Positions 9,801-17,898 of a stretch of 64,000 nucleotides of DNA are shown piece by piece. The DNA is taken from NCBI GenBank assembly GCA_947630175.1, contig CANRGJ010000013.1, positions 7,090-71,089 on the forward strand. Direction: 5' to 3'. A program made the position numbers and the translations under genes. The notes below the pieces were generated by a model, which was given only the letters and a program-made list of their open reading frames with translations, had not been told where the DNA came from and made no database searches. Within the stretch, counting starts at the first letter, position 1. Each line of letters starts with the position of its first letter. The DNA comes from an uncultured Ruminiclostridium sp. (GTDB lineage: Bacteria; Bacillota; Clostridia; Oscillospirales; Ruminococcaceae).

Positions 9801-11737
9801 AGGACCGTGATATCTTCTTGATATACTACGACCTCACGGCGAACAAAAAATACGACGCTATCCGCCTCACCAACGACAATGAGGAGCAGTCCTACATTTC
9901 AGCGCTTAACACCTTGAACGGCGCAGAGATATTCTTCCTTTCGGACGGAAATATTAAGGAGCTGAACGTTTCTTATCTGTGGGAGAATCTCACCACTGAC
10001 AGCTCAGGCGAAAAGACGCTTAACTTCGACCCGCCCATCTATACGGCTGTTGCCGCTATTGATGAAAAAACTCCGATACTGGAATTTGTTGTTGACACCG
10101 ACGGCAAAAACGATTATCTGTTCTGGACCGAAACCGACATCAGCTACACCAACGGCGTTGAACCCAACAGCGACGAGTCAAGCGATGCTAAGAATCATCT
10201 TGCCGAGCGCCACATTTACGGTGCGCTGAGGGCGATGGACGACGCAGTAAAAACCACCCTTCGTGATGCTGACGGAAACGTTATAACTTACCCCGATGAT
10301 GTTGATTACAGCGTAACGCCCGACGTCAACGGTCAGATTGGCGTTGTCAAGGCAGGCGACCCGATCGTAGCTGTGACCCGCACCTGGGGCAGTCCTATCA
10401 AAATAACCGACGAAGAGGGAGCAAATTACAGCGATATCGACGCAACTCTGCTTTTCGACGGCGGCTTCAGACTGGCATATCTTAAGAGCTTCAGCACCGT
10501 CAAGGAAATAGACGGCGAGGAAATGGCAGTTGACGACGCTATAAACCGTTCGCTCTGCACTGCCGATTTCAACGTTCATATAACGAGCTATGAGATAGAG
10601 ATCGACCCTGTAACAGCTCTCCCCGCAGTGGGCTATCCCGTACCCATAACCGCACAGGTCAAGAACACAGGCTTCTGCATAGACAGGGGAAATCTTGTGG
10701 CTGAGCTTCTTGTATCCGTAAATGGAGAAAAGAGCCAGCTCGTCAGCACCGTTCCCGTGGGACGTCTCGCCAGCGGCAAGTCTGACAGCGTAACATTTGA
10801 ATGGACCGTTCCCGAAGGACTTGAAACGGCGGAGCTTACCGCCCGTGTGGTATCACGGAACGAAAGCGGAGATATCGCAACCTTCTATGATGAGATCGAG
10901 ACGGAATACGAGCGCACCCCTGACGTCAGCGTTACCGTTATCGGCGCTCAGATGGTGGATATGAATCAGGCTGAGATAAGCGTTTTCCTGCAAAATACAG
11001 GCGACGCTCCCGCAAATGACAGGATAATCATTGCCAGCGTGGGTGACGCAAACAGCATGTCCCAGAGCTACACCCTTATGCCCGGCGAAGAAACCATACT
11101 GACCTTCAGAGCCACCGTTCCCGACGAAGCATTCGGACATTCTACCGAAAACGACGGCTCGGTAGTTGATTCCACAAAAATAACGATAACCTCAGGTTCG
11201 GCTATCGTAGAAGCAAACGTGACACGTTCCGCTTCCGCCGAGGATATGGCAATAGCGGGAGCGATAGTCAACGCTTCCCTGACAGGCAGCGACGGCAAGA
11301 CTCTTTCCGACACGCTGAAGGTCAAGAAGGACGAAACGGTCAAGCTCGGACTTACCGCCGAGATGACCGAGGGATTTGACGAATCCCTGCTTGCCCTGAT
11401 ACTCACCAGCACAGATGGAACGATAATCTGCAACGGCGACAGCTTCACCGCATCAGGTGACGGCGTTATAACCGCCTATGTCGTTCCCAAGGGCAGCGCG
11501 GCATTGCTGACCGCAGGCGGAATGGGAAGAGATATTGATATACTTCACCTTATCTCCTCCGCGGCGCTGAGAACTATCACCCTGAATATCAAGGTGGACG
11601 ACGATTCCGACGTAAACATAGATACCTCGGACGGAACTCAGCCGCTTCGCGATATCTGCACGGCTGTTGCATTTGCTTCGAGTATCATTCTCCTGCTGAT
11701 AGAAGCTGCGTATATTTTGAGAAGAAAGCGCAGCTGA
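3833..11737 (+). CDS. Giant (2634 aa) secreted, membrane-anchored surface protein with Calx-beta repeats and C-terminal Ig/CARDB-like domains
   Basis: Signal peptide; Calx-beta-like segments (TSAMPDVDY-type...ITFVPGQTKQTVRIPI; INFAPGENMKVLRFCITDDAVSESEEQVLFVL); EF-hand-like GDVNRDGVIS; C-terminal TM + RRKRS; GGAGG RBS. Confidence 0.75.
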   Translation: MKRRMLRRRILSFITALVMCINSVPVTAITEESPDQAELRKKLYNMVDSEEYPNGLINFLTPQMECTEGQEFLEFAVVRYGPTNTFASVQFKAIDISARYGEDYYITVPGIFSDSRLEQDPDSVPILEFTADHANNSELTLGSSISDESAAEEETSDEEEETQQPAEEAEQQEEKEQDDNAENPFAAAENTANGKGALSSLASARTALLGVPTSTATWQDNEAAKKIVAQALVNQTMGYYDDMPGACFTINFAPGENMKVLRFCITDDAVSESEEQVLFVLTDAEGSAIDANPTGYMNIKDNEPAEESVYSFEESVVYADPNESYVTATLLRTKGTERYDTVTVGTSALTAVPDVDYLALEQNITFVPGQTKQTVRIPILGNKREEGLTFNLQTRGEATEAAVTVALASDDGNGTTAAGNSALDPADKTGHSFSPDVSYQGLSGSGTLKYRVYRWTKEVTSTASDSIGRHEYLIPASMSGIQKIQYTIDDVENGTPYTVVSDWGHETYFYTGCEDRLGVIAGSTFFSSTNVQDPPVNNATGTLNDTDRTKTGFVLSSGARDGNQKTDLKLTYMDAYVSPVQILLLDPPDEDPDGSVNAYTWTAQDTRGPSFTTTKMGRLGFAGDLESTTKVVYPDGDATGKLSFVPVYESGITADIASRTYLWGYKILRKAGLLDDALYYYIKGTDFNVNDFMNDRLVDGMTGKTVLHATCGNTATDGDVTYYQYSIEPVFRAKDATVRLSWDDTKLRADKGAFVNGKSMTVGMLDTISYRLISAPGQTELPGKYTGFVADSSVDTSNTSVSYNLNISAVRPLDGTTQQFDEQLNFKLTLTLQDGSTVTRDVTIDTGDELSRLVTFSVNKTFSFTQEELGADSIVSASLTTNSLEKGVKLSGSFEKRMFGRTVQRAAFTETKAPDTKTNFTISSNFTQTFSFKAVDSFPFNVAEPGKFDFKPSSPYTEITAIAGSASIDVRYDPASSSDGKNIGTVLHIGEDGTGDRADPDKGLQIDNVKLNTLYSFNGIYSDEGDGGANILRRDWKIVWKDWTGDVNRDGVISKEEQASLGSYGDKIDRTAISGNTFQFVPIFSNSQIYYSFVKRDPAPDDGRILTVKGCVFLQKGTVLNNLDSRGLITSSVPVEGATVTVDGMSTTTDKNGNFSFSSQYFRSGENYLATISYQGLTYSVVIQVNAFKNIFLEEFKFFTPFELKGYVKSGDSFSAMDLNNPIFPDNADSIQKWTFKLSENVANISAETVKLNLYDTEKNLLTSVPAKFDASNFTWSAEFNPANYEGTDSGTARVLPAGSTMTISVVGSDGVTYPEFEVGVVYKKAISTITVLNTFQTPASELINFIGTLDAKFNLGMSATVDKELKDRAEVSGDRVLISFGINKEFEGQFNDTEEEDDKGGKDSKPKTDSKKADPSKPAQQTKNSNVLDYLKEIAKGELTEGADPKKAQEAVSNAIKGTTSKTSGSVMEGYQLDMGIGLYLSLRIDKATGDLYFDGLIVAAAMLGDVGYKFSMATPIGVTLVAGLDFGGNITGLVAVEPHNFAKIKFDGEGSIDVTKAGDLSSGLDVFGKLFVSPYIVISAGVEASTQGFSAASITVSGKALFDMAFSSAGSGKGSVTMSCELALNVLGIFSKSWTIAQGTWQLFDYNPRMLRGEFEGDLRFDTVTSDDTMDHSYLDNRTEWDGVGSKDTSEGGLLGSTNGLSREETLIEGIYPYANPLIMSIGDKDEDGLEEQIMVFLDTDTTDKNTQNSTRIYYSIFDNHEWSQPQEVDAPDDRLHDDSPNIADLDDRILVVWTSAESAVTDDTNPVDVMNNRNIKGRFFFKDTRTWSDITDITVSTDEDTAGDDRPTIRYCKDDEGNRYLVLTYVKSVHTATGANGEDVLVGDILDPKSELAYRFYDFKTESWVSEYDDATMQKLTASLGSAKAAEEFEDNWYGQNFVDLTSSDDIAQSDPVVTDNGGTGFTDRNGHAIDAGAYIVDMDGDKSTVEDRDIFLIYYDLTANKKYDAIRLTNDNEEQSYISALNTLNGAEIFFLSDGNIKELNVSYLWENLTTDSSGEKTLNFDPPIYTAVAAIDEKTPILEFVVDTDGKNDYLFWTETDISYTNGVEPNSDESSDAKNHLAERHIYGALRAMDDAVKTTLRDADGNVITYPDDVDYSVTPDVNGQIGVVKAGDPIVAVTRTWGSPIKITDEEGANYSDIDATLLFDGGFRLAYLKSFSTVKEIDGEEMAVDDAINRSLCTADFNVHITSYEIEIDPVTALPAVGYPVPITAQVKNTGFCIDRGNLVAELLVSVNGEKSQLVSTVPVGRLASGKSDSVTFEWTVPEGLETAELTARVVSRNESGDIATFYDEIETEYERTPDVSVTVIGAQMVDMNQAEISVFLQNTGDAPANDRIIIASVGDANSMSQSYTLMPGEETILTFRATVPDEAFGHSTENDGSVVDSTKITITSGSAIVEANVTRSASAEDMAIAGAIVNASLTGSDGKTLSDTLKVKKDETVKLGLTAEMTEGFDESLLALILTSTDGTIICNGDSFTASGDGVITAYVVPKGSAALLTAGGMGRDIDILHLISSAALRTITLNIKVDDDSDVNIDTSDGTQPLRDICTAVAFASSIILLLIEAAYILRRKRS

Positions 11738-11755
11738 GTATAACAAACAAGCAAG

Positions 11756-11790
11756 AATATCCCCCGTTTTAAAACGGGGGATATTTTTTC
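11756..11790 (+). terminator. Intrinsic terminator (perfect palindrome)
   Basis: AATATCCCCCGTTTT/AAAACGGGGGATATT plus T-run. Confidence 0.85.
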
Positions 11791-11972
11791 CAACGTTTCA
11801 CCACCCAATTCGGCAAAACATAAAAAAGCGCACCCGATTTGTACAAATAAACTGTTGACTTTTACAAAAATTAGGCGTATAATCAATAGTAGATTATTAT
11901 ACCCGCAGACAGCGGGCAAGACAAAATTTTTCGGAAAATAAGGCATGGAGGCGGGACTACCGCAAATCTACT

Positions 11973-14465
11973 ATGGAAAATACGAAACCGACTGTTATTA
12001 TATTAAACGGCTCAGGGAGAAGCTCAAATGCCCTTTCGGACATTATCGCCAAGGCTTACCGTCCGTTGACCGCAAAGGACGAAACGGAGGCTGTTGAGCT
12101 TATCCGTAGCGAGGGAGCAGTGCTTGTTGTGCTGGAAACCGTGGATTACGGCACGGCGGGCGGCAGATTTCTTGAAATGATGGAGAGGGACAAGGCGCCC
12201 GAGGGCGTTCCCGTGATAGCCGTCACCAACACGCTGATACTGGAGCAGTACGCCCTTAAAGCTGGAGTTTTCGAGTGCATTTCAAGACCGTTCCGCGAGG
12301 AGCACGTGCTTGACGTGATAGAAAGAGCAATAAAAGTGGGCGGCTCCGACGAGGAACATTCCAAGCTGAAGCATTTCAACGAGGAATTTGCGGACAACAT
12401 ACCCGGCGGTATGGCGGTTATGGAGCTTGACGGCGAAAACGTGAAAATGCTCTATTGCAGCAAGGGACTTGCGGATATGTTCAAATGCGGGAATTACGAC
12501 AGGTTTATCGCCCAATGCGCCGACGACCCGTACAAAAACGTTCAGCCAGACGGAAAGGACGTATGCAGAGAGCTTTTGCACACCGTTATCGCCACAGGCG
12601 AGCCTGCAAAAAGGATAATCAGATGCATGGACGAGCAGGGCGGGACTGTCTGGACCCTCACCCGTGTAAATCCTGTTAAGCAGGAGGACGGACGTATTTG
12701 TATCTACGCCTTCGTGACGGACATAACGCAGGAAAAAGAATATGAACTTGAACTCAGGAGCAGCGCCTGGATAGACCCGCTGACGGGAATGTACAACCGC
12801 ACCGCCTTTTTCGCCAACTCAAAGCGCATTATCAAGACCCACCCCGAAACCGCATATTCTGTTTTAAGAATGAACATCGGCAGCTTCAAGCTGATAAACG
12901 ACCTTATGGGACGCGAGGCGGGGGACAGACTTCTGATCACGGTAGCGTCAGTTATCAAAAATTCAACTCCCATAAGCGGACTTTACGCCAGATTTATCGC
13001 TGACACCTTCGCCCTTCTTGTCCCCACGGCGGAGCTTGACGCTCACAAACTGCTGAAGGATATTGAGAGCAGAGTTAAGGAAGCTCACGTGATAAATCAT
13101 CAGGTGCAGTTTTACATAGGCATATACGACATAGCCAAGGACGACGACACCTCATTTGAGAACATATGCGACCGCGCTCAGATAGCCTGCCGTTCCATCA
13201 GCGGGAGCTACCGCCGCCATATCGTGCATTACACCGAGAGCATGCGCAAGGCTATGGTGGAGGAGCAGGAGATACGGGACGACGCTCAGCGCGCTCTTGA
13301 GGCGGGGGAATTTTGCATTTACTATCAGCCTATCTACGGCATAAACGCAAAGCGTTTCGTCAGCGCCGAGGCTTTGGTGCGCTGGAACCACCCGAAGAAA
13401 GGGCTTATCTCTCCGGGGAAATTTATCCCCGTGTTCGAGAAGAACGGCTTTATCGCAATACTTGACCTGTACGTTATGGAGCAGGTCTGCAAGTACCAGC
13501 AAAAGCGCAGGGAAAACGGACTTGAGCCGTTCCCTATTTCGGTGAACATCTCCCGCAAGAGCCTTTACAATCCAGATTTGTTTGACATAATCAGCACTCT
13601 TGCGGAAAAATATAACATATCTCCCGAATATTTCAGGATAGAGATAACCGAGAGCGCATACAACGACAATCCGTCCCAGCTTCTGGAAACGGTATACAAG
13701 CTGAGGGACAAATGCTTCCCAGTGCTTATGGACGATTTTGGAAGCGGGTATTCCTCCCTGAATACCTTAAAGGATATTCCCATAGACCTGTTAAAGCTGG
13801 ATATGAAATTTATGCAGGGCTTTGAGAAAAACGAGCGTGTGGGAACGATAGTTACCTCCGTTGCAAGAATGTCCCGCTGGCTGAACGTGCCTATGCTTGC
13901 CGAGGGCGTGGAAACGAAAGAGCAGTATATGTTCTTAAAGAGTATAGGCTGCACCTACATACAAGGCTTTTACTTTGCAAAGCCCTGCAATGAGGAGGAG
14001 TTCACAAGGCTGATAGAGGCTCACGACGGCAGTAAGGACGATTACGCCCTGAACGTCCAGGATATGAACGTGTACGAGATAAGCAACGTGATGAGCAGCA
14101 ACGTGCTTGAGTCCGAGCTTATCGGGTTGATATTCGGTGCGCTGGGGATTTACGAGATGAACGGCGACCAGCTTGATATTATCCGCGTCAGCGACAGCTA
14201 TATGGAGCTTATGGGCTGTACTGCGGACGATCTGAGAGGAAACAACGTAAACATCTGGAGCAAGCTCCACCCCGAAGACGTAGAGGTTTCCCGTGCCGCC
14301 TGCCAGAAAGCGGTGGATACGGGCAGGAGCGTGAGAGCCACGGTGAGAAGATACCTCCCTGACGGCAGTATAAAGTGCCTGGAGGGTATCCACAAACGCC
14401 TCGGCGGAACGGAAAAATGCCCCATAATCTGCATCGCGTTCAACGACGTGACTGATATGCAGTAA
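11973..14465 (+). CDS. REC-PAS-GGDEF(degenerate)-EAL-PAS protein, probable c-di-GMP phosphodiesterase
   Basis: DPLTGMYNR; GGDEF position reads IADTF; EALVRW, EITE, DDFGSGYSSL, KLD and AEGVE intact; PAS-like C-terminus. Confidence 0.88.
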   Translation: MENTKPTVIILNGSGRSSNALSDIIAKAYRPLTAKDETEAVELIRSEGAVLVVLETVDYGTAGGRFLEMMERDKAPEGVPVIAVTNTLILEQYALKAGVFECISRPFREEHVLDVIERAIKVGGSDEEHSKLKHFNEEFADNIPGGMAVMELDGENVKMLYCSKGLADMFKCGNYDRFIAQCADDPYKNVQPDGKDVCRELLHTVIATGEPAKRIIRCMDEQGGTVWTLTRVNPVKQEDGRICIYAFVTDITQEKEYELELRSSAWIDPLTGMYNRTAFFANSKRIIKTHPETAYSVLRMNIGSFKLINDLMGREAGDRLLITVASVIKNSTPISGLYARFIADTFALLVPTAELDAHKLLKDIESRVKEAHVINHQVQFYIGIYDIAKDDDTSFENICDRAQIACRSISGSYRRHIVHYTESMRKAMVEEQEIRDDAQRALEAGEFCIYYQPIYGINAKRFVSAEALVRWNHPKKGLISPGKFIPVFEKNGFIAILDLYVMEQVCKYQQKRRENGLEPFPISVNISRKSLYNPDLFDIISTLAEKYNISPEYFRIEITESAYNDNPSQLLETVYKLRDKCFPVLMDDFGSGYSSLNTLKDIPIDLLKLDMKFMQGFEKNERVGTIVTSVARMSRWLNVPMLAEGVETKEQYMFLKSIGCTYIQGFYFAKPCNEEEFTRLIEAHDGSKDDYALNVQDMNVYEISNVMSSNVLESELIGLIFGALGIYEMNGDQLDIIRVSDSYMELMGCTADDLRGNNVNIWSKLHPEDVEVSRAACQKAVDTGRSVRATVRRYLPDGSIKCLEGIHKRLGGTEKCPIICIAFNDVTDMQ

Positions 14466-14732
14466 TTGTTAAAGCGCCGCCGCTTCGCGGGGTGGCAAGA
14501 CAAATTTAACTATACCGTTGGGGGAGACCCTTTTGAAAAAGGGTCGTCCCCCAAACCCCCTCCCTAAAACTTCTGACTATTTTTTTCATAAGGGGCTATA
14601 CCCCTTATGAAAAAAATCATTAAAAGTCTTTGGAAAGAGGTCTGGGGAATAACCTTTCTTCAGAAAGGTTTTCCCCAGTGGTAGAGCTAATCTGTCTCGC
14701 ACCACCCCGCGAAGCGGCGGCGCTTTAACAAT
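14465..14732. repeat. MITE/REP-like element with perfect 31-bp terminal inverted repeats
   Basis: ATTGTTAAAGCGCCGCCGCTTCGCGGGGTGG (14465-14495) and exact reverse complement (14702-14732); three internal hairpins; no ORF. Confidence 0.8.
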
Positions 14733-14824
14733 GAAACGGCAACAGAAAAATCAAGAGAAAAGCAGAAAATCCAAAAGAAAACAAGAGAAATCAACATATA
14801 TTTAAAAAAAATTGCAAAAACCTA

Positions 14825-14853
14825 TTGACAAACCCTGCCAATGCGGGTATAAT
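14825..14853 (+). promoter_or_regulatory. SigA promoter of rplM-rpsI
   Basis: TTGACA-17-TATAAT. Confidence 0.85.
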
Positions 14854-14863
14854 AACAAATGTT

Positions 14864-14947
14864 GCTCCCTGCAAGGCAAACGATTTGAATTTTTCGCACA
14901 TTGAATGTGCGTGAAATTGAAATCGTTTCGTCACAAGACTGCGGAGC
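14864..14947 (+). promoter_or_regulatory. Long hairpin in rplM 5' leader
   Basis: AAACGATTT/AAATCGTTT, CGCACAT/ATGTGCG and GCTCC..TGC/TGCGGAGC nested pairings. Confidence 0.55.
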
Positions 14948-14971
14948 GAAAAAATTCAGGAGGTAAATACC

Positions 14972-15400
14972 ATGTCAACTTATATGCCCAATCCTCAGAC
15001 AGTTGAACGCAAATGGTATATCCTTGACGCTGCGGGCAAGCCCCTCGGACGTGTTGCGGCTCAGGCGGCTCTTATGCTTAAGGGCAAGCACAAGCCCACC
15101 TACGCTCCCCATTGTGACTGCGGCGACCACGTGATAATCATCAACTGCGCAAAGGCTGTCCTCACCGGCAAGAAGCTGGAGAAGAAGTATTACAGATGGC
15201 ACACCGGCTATATCGGACATCTCAAGGAGATCCAGTACAGCAAGCTGATGGCTACCAAGCCCGAAAAGGCTATGGAGCTGGCAGTTTACGGTATGCTCCC
15301 CAACAACACTATCGGCAGAAAGGCAATGACCAGACTCCGCCTTTACAGAGGCGCAGAACATCTCAATGCCGCCCAGAAGCCCGAAGAATTTCAATTTTAA
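14972..15400 (+). CDS. rplM: 50S ribosomal protein L13
   Basis: KWYILDAAGKPLGRVA, KHKPTYAPHCDCGDHVIIIN, YYRWHTGYIG. Confidence 0.98.
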   Translation: MSTYMPNPQTVERKWYILDAAGKPLGRVAAQAALMLKGKHKPTYAPHCDCGDHVIIINCAKAVLTGKKLEKKYYRWHTGYIGHLKEIQYSKLMATKPEKAMELAVYGMLPNNTIGRKAMTRLRLYRGAEHLNAAQKPEEFQF

Positions 15401-15413
15401 GGAGGGATAAGCA

Positions 15414-15812
15414 ATGTACGAATCCAAACCGTATTACTACGGAACGGGAAGAAGAAAACATTCTGTTGCAAGAGTGCGTGTTTATCCCGGTTCCGGCAAA
15501 ATAACCATCAATAACAGAGACATCGACGATTATTTCGGACTTGACACTCTCAAGCTCATCGCCCGTCAGCCTCTCGCCCTTACAGGCACCACCGAGAAGT
15601 TCGACATCATCTGCACCGTTGCAGGTGGCGGCGTAACAGGTCAGGCAGGCGCTATCCGCCACGGTCTGTCCCGTGCCCTGCTCCAGTACAGCGAGGAGCT
15701 CCGTCCCGTTCTGAAGAAGGCAGGCTTCCTGACCCGTGACCCCAGAATGAAGGAAAGAAAGAAGTACGGTCTGAAAGCCGCACGTCGTGCTCCTCAGTTC
15801 TCAAAGCGTTAA
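15414..15812 (+). CDS. rpsI: 30S ribosomal protein S9
   Basis: [52 protein letters not shown]. Confidence 0.98.
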   Translation: MYESKPYYYGTGRRKHSVARVRVYPGSGKITINNRDIDDYFGLDTLKLIARQPLALTGTTEKFDIICTVAGGGVTGQAGAIRHGLSRALLQYSEELRPVLKKAGFLTRDPRMKERKKYGLKAARRAPQFSKR

Positions 15813-15852
15813 GTATCAGACTTACGTTCGGTATTTTCAGAATACTGTCAAG

Positions 15853-15881
15853 ATCCGTCCCGATCATCGGGGCGGATTTTT
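15853..15881 (+). terminator. Intrinsic terminator after rpsI
   Basis: ATCCGTCCCGA-TCA-TCGGGGCGGAT plus T-run. Confidence 0.8.
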
Positions 15882-16010
15882 GTGTTTATCATACATCAGA
15901 ATAATATCTGTCTCGAATATAGTATTGCAAAACCACAGGAAGATGATATAATTAAACTGTAAATTGCGGCTGAACATTCTGAAAATTTGAGTAAAGGGGA
16001 GCTGAAGCTT

Positions 16011-16895
16011 ATGCTGCACAATAATCCCATCTTTAAGTATATTCAAAAAAAAGATATGATAGACGACTTTTGCGATTACGGAACGTATATGTTTATGGCG
16101 TCAGGTCTGTCGCTGTTCAATTCCGCAGTGCTCCTGGTACAGCGTCCGGGACTGGGCTTTGTGGCAAATGAAACTGTCTGGAACAAAAAATACGGCAGGT
16201 TCATCAAGCCCGAGGCAAGACCGCTGCTTATCGTCAGACCGTTCGCTCCTCTGGAAATATATTATGAGGTCACCGACACTTACAGCTTATATGAACAAAA
16301 GCTGCCCGAATGGATATACAAAGAAAATAATTTGCTCCCGCCGCTGCCCTGCGAGGAGATAGAAACGCTGAAGAATAATATATTGTCAATTTTCAGCCGA
16401 CACGGAATATATTATGCGGAGAAGGATTTCGGTGAGCGTCAGGGCGGAGAGATGCAATATTCCCCCAACGCGCTGTGCGTCAGTTATATGAACAAAAAGA
16501 ACCGCGTCGTTTCCGTTTTTACCCATTATTCAATGACGATAAACAACAGGCACCAGCCCTTCCGACAGCTCACCTCCATATTTCACGAGATAGGGCATTT
16601 GCTGTGTGGACATTTGCAGATCGACGAGGAAATAAACAAAAATGACGATCTGGATTGCAAGATACCCAAGCGTGACATGGAAAAGCTCACACCTCATCAG
16701 CAGGAGTACGAGGCGGAAATGACCTGCAAGCTGATAATGAAGGCTTTCGGCTTTGAACATTCCATTGACGAGTCCGTTCGGGGAATGGAAAAGGGCAAAG
16801 CTCCTCTTTTTGATTTCGAAATAGTTGCGCCGGCGGCGGACCGTTTTCTGAAGTGGTACAACAAAGCATTTCCGAATATCAATATGCGCTGTTGA
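16011..16895 (+). CDS. ArdC-like N-terminal domain + ImmA/IrrE-type zincin metallopeptidase
   Basis: N...LVQRP..GFVANETVWNKKYGRFIKP...LIVRP resembles the ArdC ssDNA-binding domain; HEIGH plus QEYEAE; ATG 16011 after AAAGGGG. Confidence 0.65.
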   Translation: MLHNNPIFKYIQKKDMIDDFCDYGTYMFMASGLSLFNSAVLLVQRPGLGFVANETVWNKKYGRFIKPEARPLLIVRPFAPLEIYYEVTDTYSLYEQKLPEWIYKENNLLPPLPCEEIETLKNNILSIFSRHGIYYAEKDFGERQGGEMQYSPNALCVSYMNKKNRVVSVFTHYSMTINNRHQPFRQLTSIFHEIGHLLCGHLQIDEEINKNDDLDCKIPKRDMEKLTPHQQEYEAEMTCKLIMKAFGFEHSIDESVRGMEKGKAPLFDFEIVAPAADRFLKWYNKAFPNINMRC

Positions 16896-16963
16896 GCCCT
16901 GCAAGCCGCCGCAGTATTGATTTTATCCGCAAAAAATGCTACAATAAAAATGAGGTGAGAGCA

Positions 16964-17218
16964 TTGAAAAAGAAAAATCCCGTCGTTGTAACGTTTTGCA
17001 TTGTCGCCGCAGCGTTGCTTTTATGGTTCGCCGCAGGATTTACCGACTACGTTATGGCGGAAAGCGGCAAAGCTCCCGTTTTCTGCATAGAGCAGAGCGA
17101 CGGCGTTTATGTGGGATTGGGCTACTCCTACGAAATGTACCCTCACCCTATAACGGGCAAAAACGAGTACGCCCTTTACCTTTTCGGGAACGTGATAAAA
17201 TCAAACTTCACCAATTAA
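16964..17218 (+). CDS. Small membrane/secreted hypothetical protein
   Basis: TTG after GAGGTG; KKK + hydrophobic helix; ends 13 nt before next gene. Confidence 0.65.
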   Translation: MKKKNPVVVTFCIVAAALLLWFAAGFTDYVMAESGKAPVFCIEQSDGVYVGLGYSYEMYPHPITGKNEYALYLFGNVIKSNFTN

Positions 17219-17231
17219 AAAGGAGAACAAA

Positions 17232-17867
17232 ATGGACAGAACGATAAAAACAACTGGAACCGCCACAGCAAGCGTCGCTCCCGACCTGATAACTCTTTCT
17301 CTGGGAATTGAGACAAGGAGCGCAAGCTATCAGCAGGCAAACAGCCTTGCCCTTGAAAAGCTGGAAAAGCTGAGGAAAGCGGTTATAAGCGCAGGCTTTG
17401 AGAAAAGCGACCTTAAAACCGCAGGCTGCAATATCAGCGCCGAGTATGACAGCTTTCAGGACGGGAACCGCTGGAAAAGGCAGTTCGCAGGTTACAGATA
17501 CCGCCACGATCTGAAGCTGACTTTTGATATGGATATGGAAAGGCTGAACAAGGCGCTTTCTGCCCTGTCGGGCAGTGAGGCTGATACGGAAATAAACATC
17601 GGCTTCAGCGTGAAAAACGGCGAGGAGATAAATAAACAGCTCCTTTCCGCCGCGGTAAAGGACGCGCGGGAAAAAGCGGATATCCTTGCCGCCGCCGCAG
17701 GCGTTTCAGTGGGAAAGGTCATTTCCATAGACAGCACGGAAAGCGGAGGACCAACCCCTCTGCGTATGGCAAAAGCCGCAATGCTTTGCGCCGACGCTCA
17801 GCCCGATATCGTCCCGCAGGAAGTTACCGCCGCAATAACGGTTATTGCGGAGTGGGAGATAGAATAA
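17232..17867 (+). CDS. SIMPL-domain (DUF541-like) protein
   Basis: IKTTGTATASVAPD, AVKDAREKADILAAAAGVSVGKVISI, QEVTAAITVIAEW. Confidence 0.85.
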   Translation: MDRTIKTTGTATASVAPDLITLSLGIETRSASYQQANSLALEKLEKLRKAVISAGFEKSDLKTAGCNISAEYDSFQDGNRWKRQFAGYRYRHDLKLTFDMDMERLNKALSALSGSEADTEINIGFSVKNGEEINKQLLSAAVKDAREKADILAAAAGVSVGKVISIDSTESGGPTPLRMAKAAMLCADAQPDIVPQEVTAAITVIAEWEIE

Positions 17868-17870
17868 AAA

Positions 17871-17898
17871 TAAAAGCAGTCAGAAGTGACTGCTTTTA
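17871..17898. terminator. Bidirectional terminator
   Basis: TAAAAGCAGTCA-GAAG-TGACTGCTTTTA between convergent genes. Confidence 0.8.
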
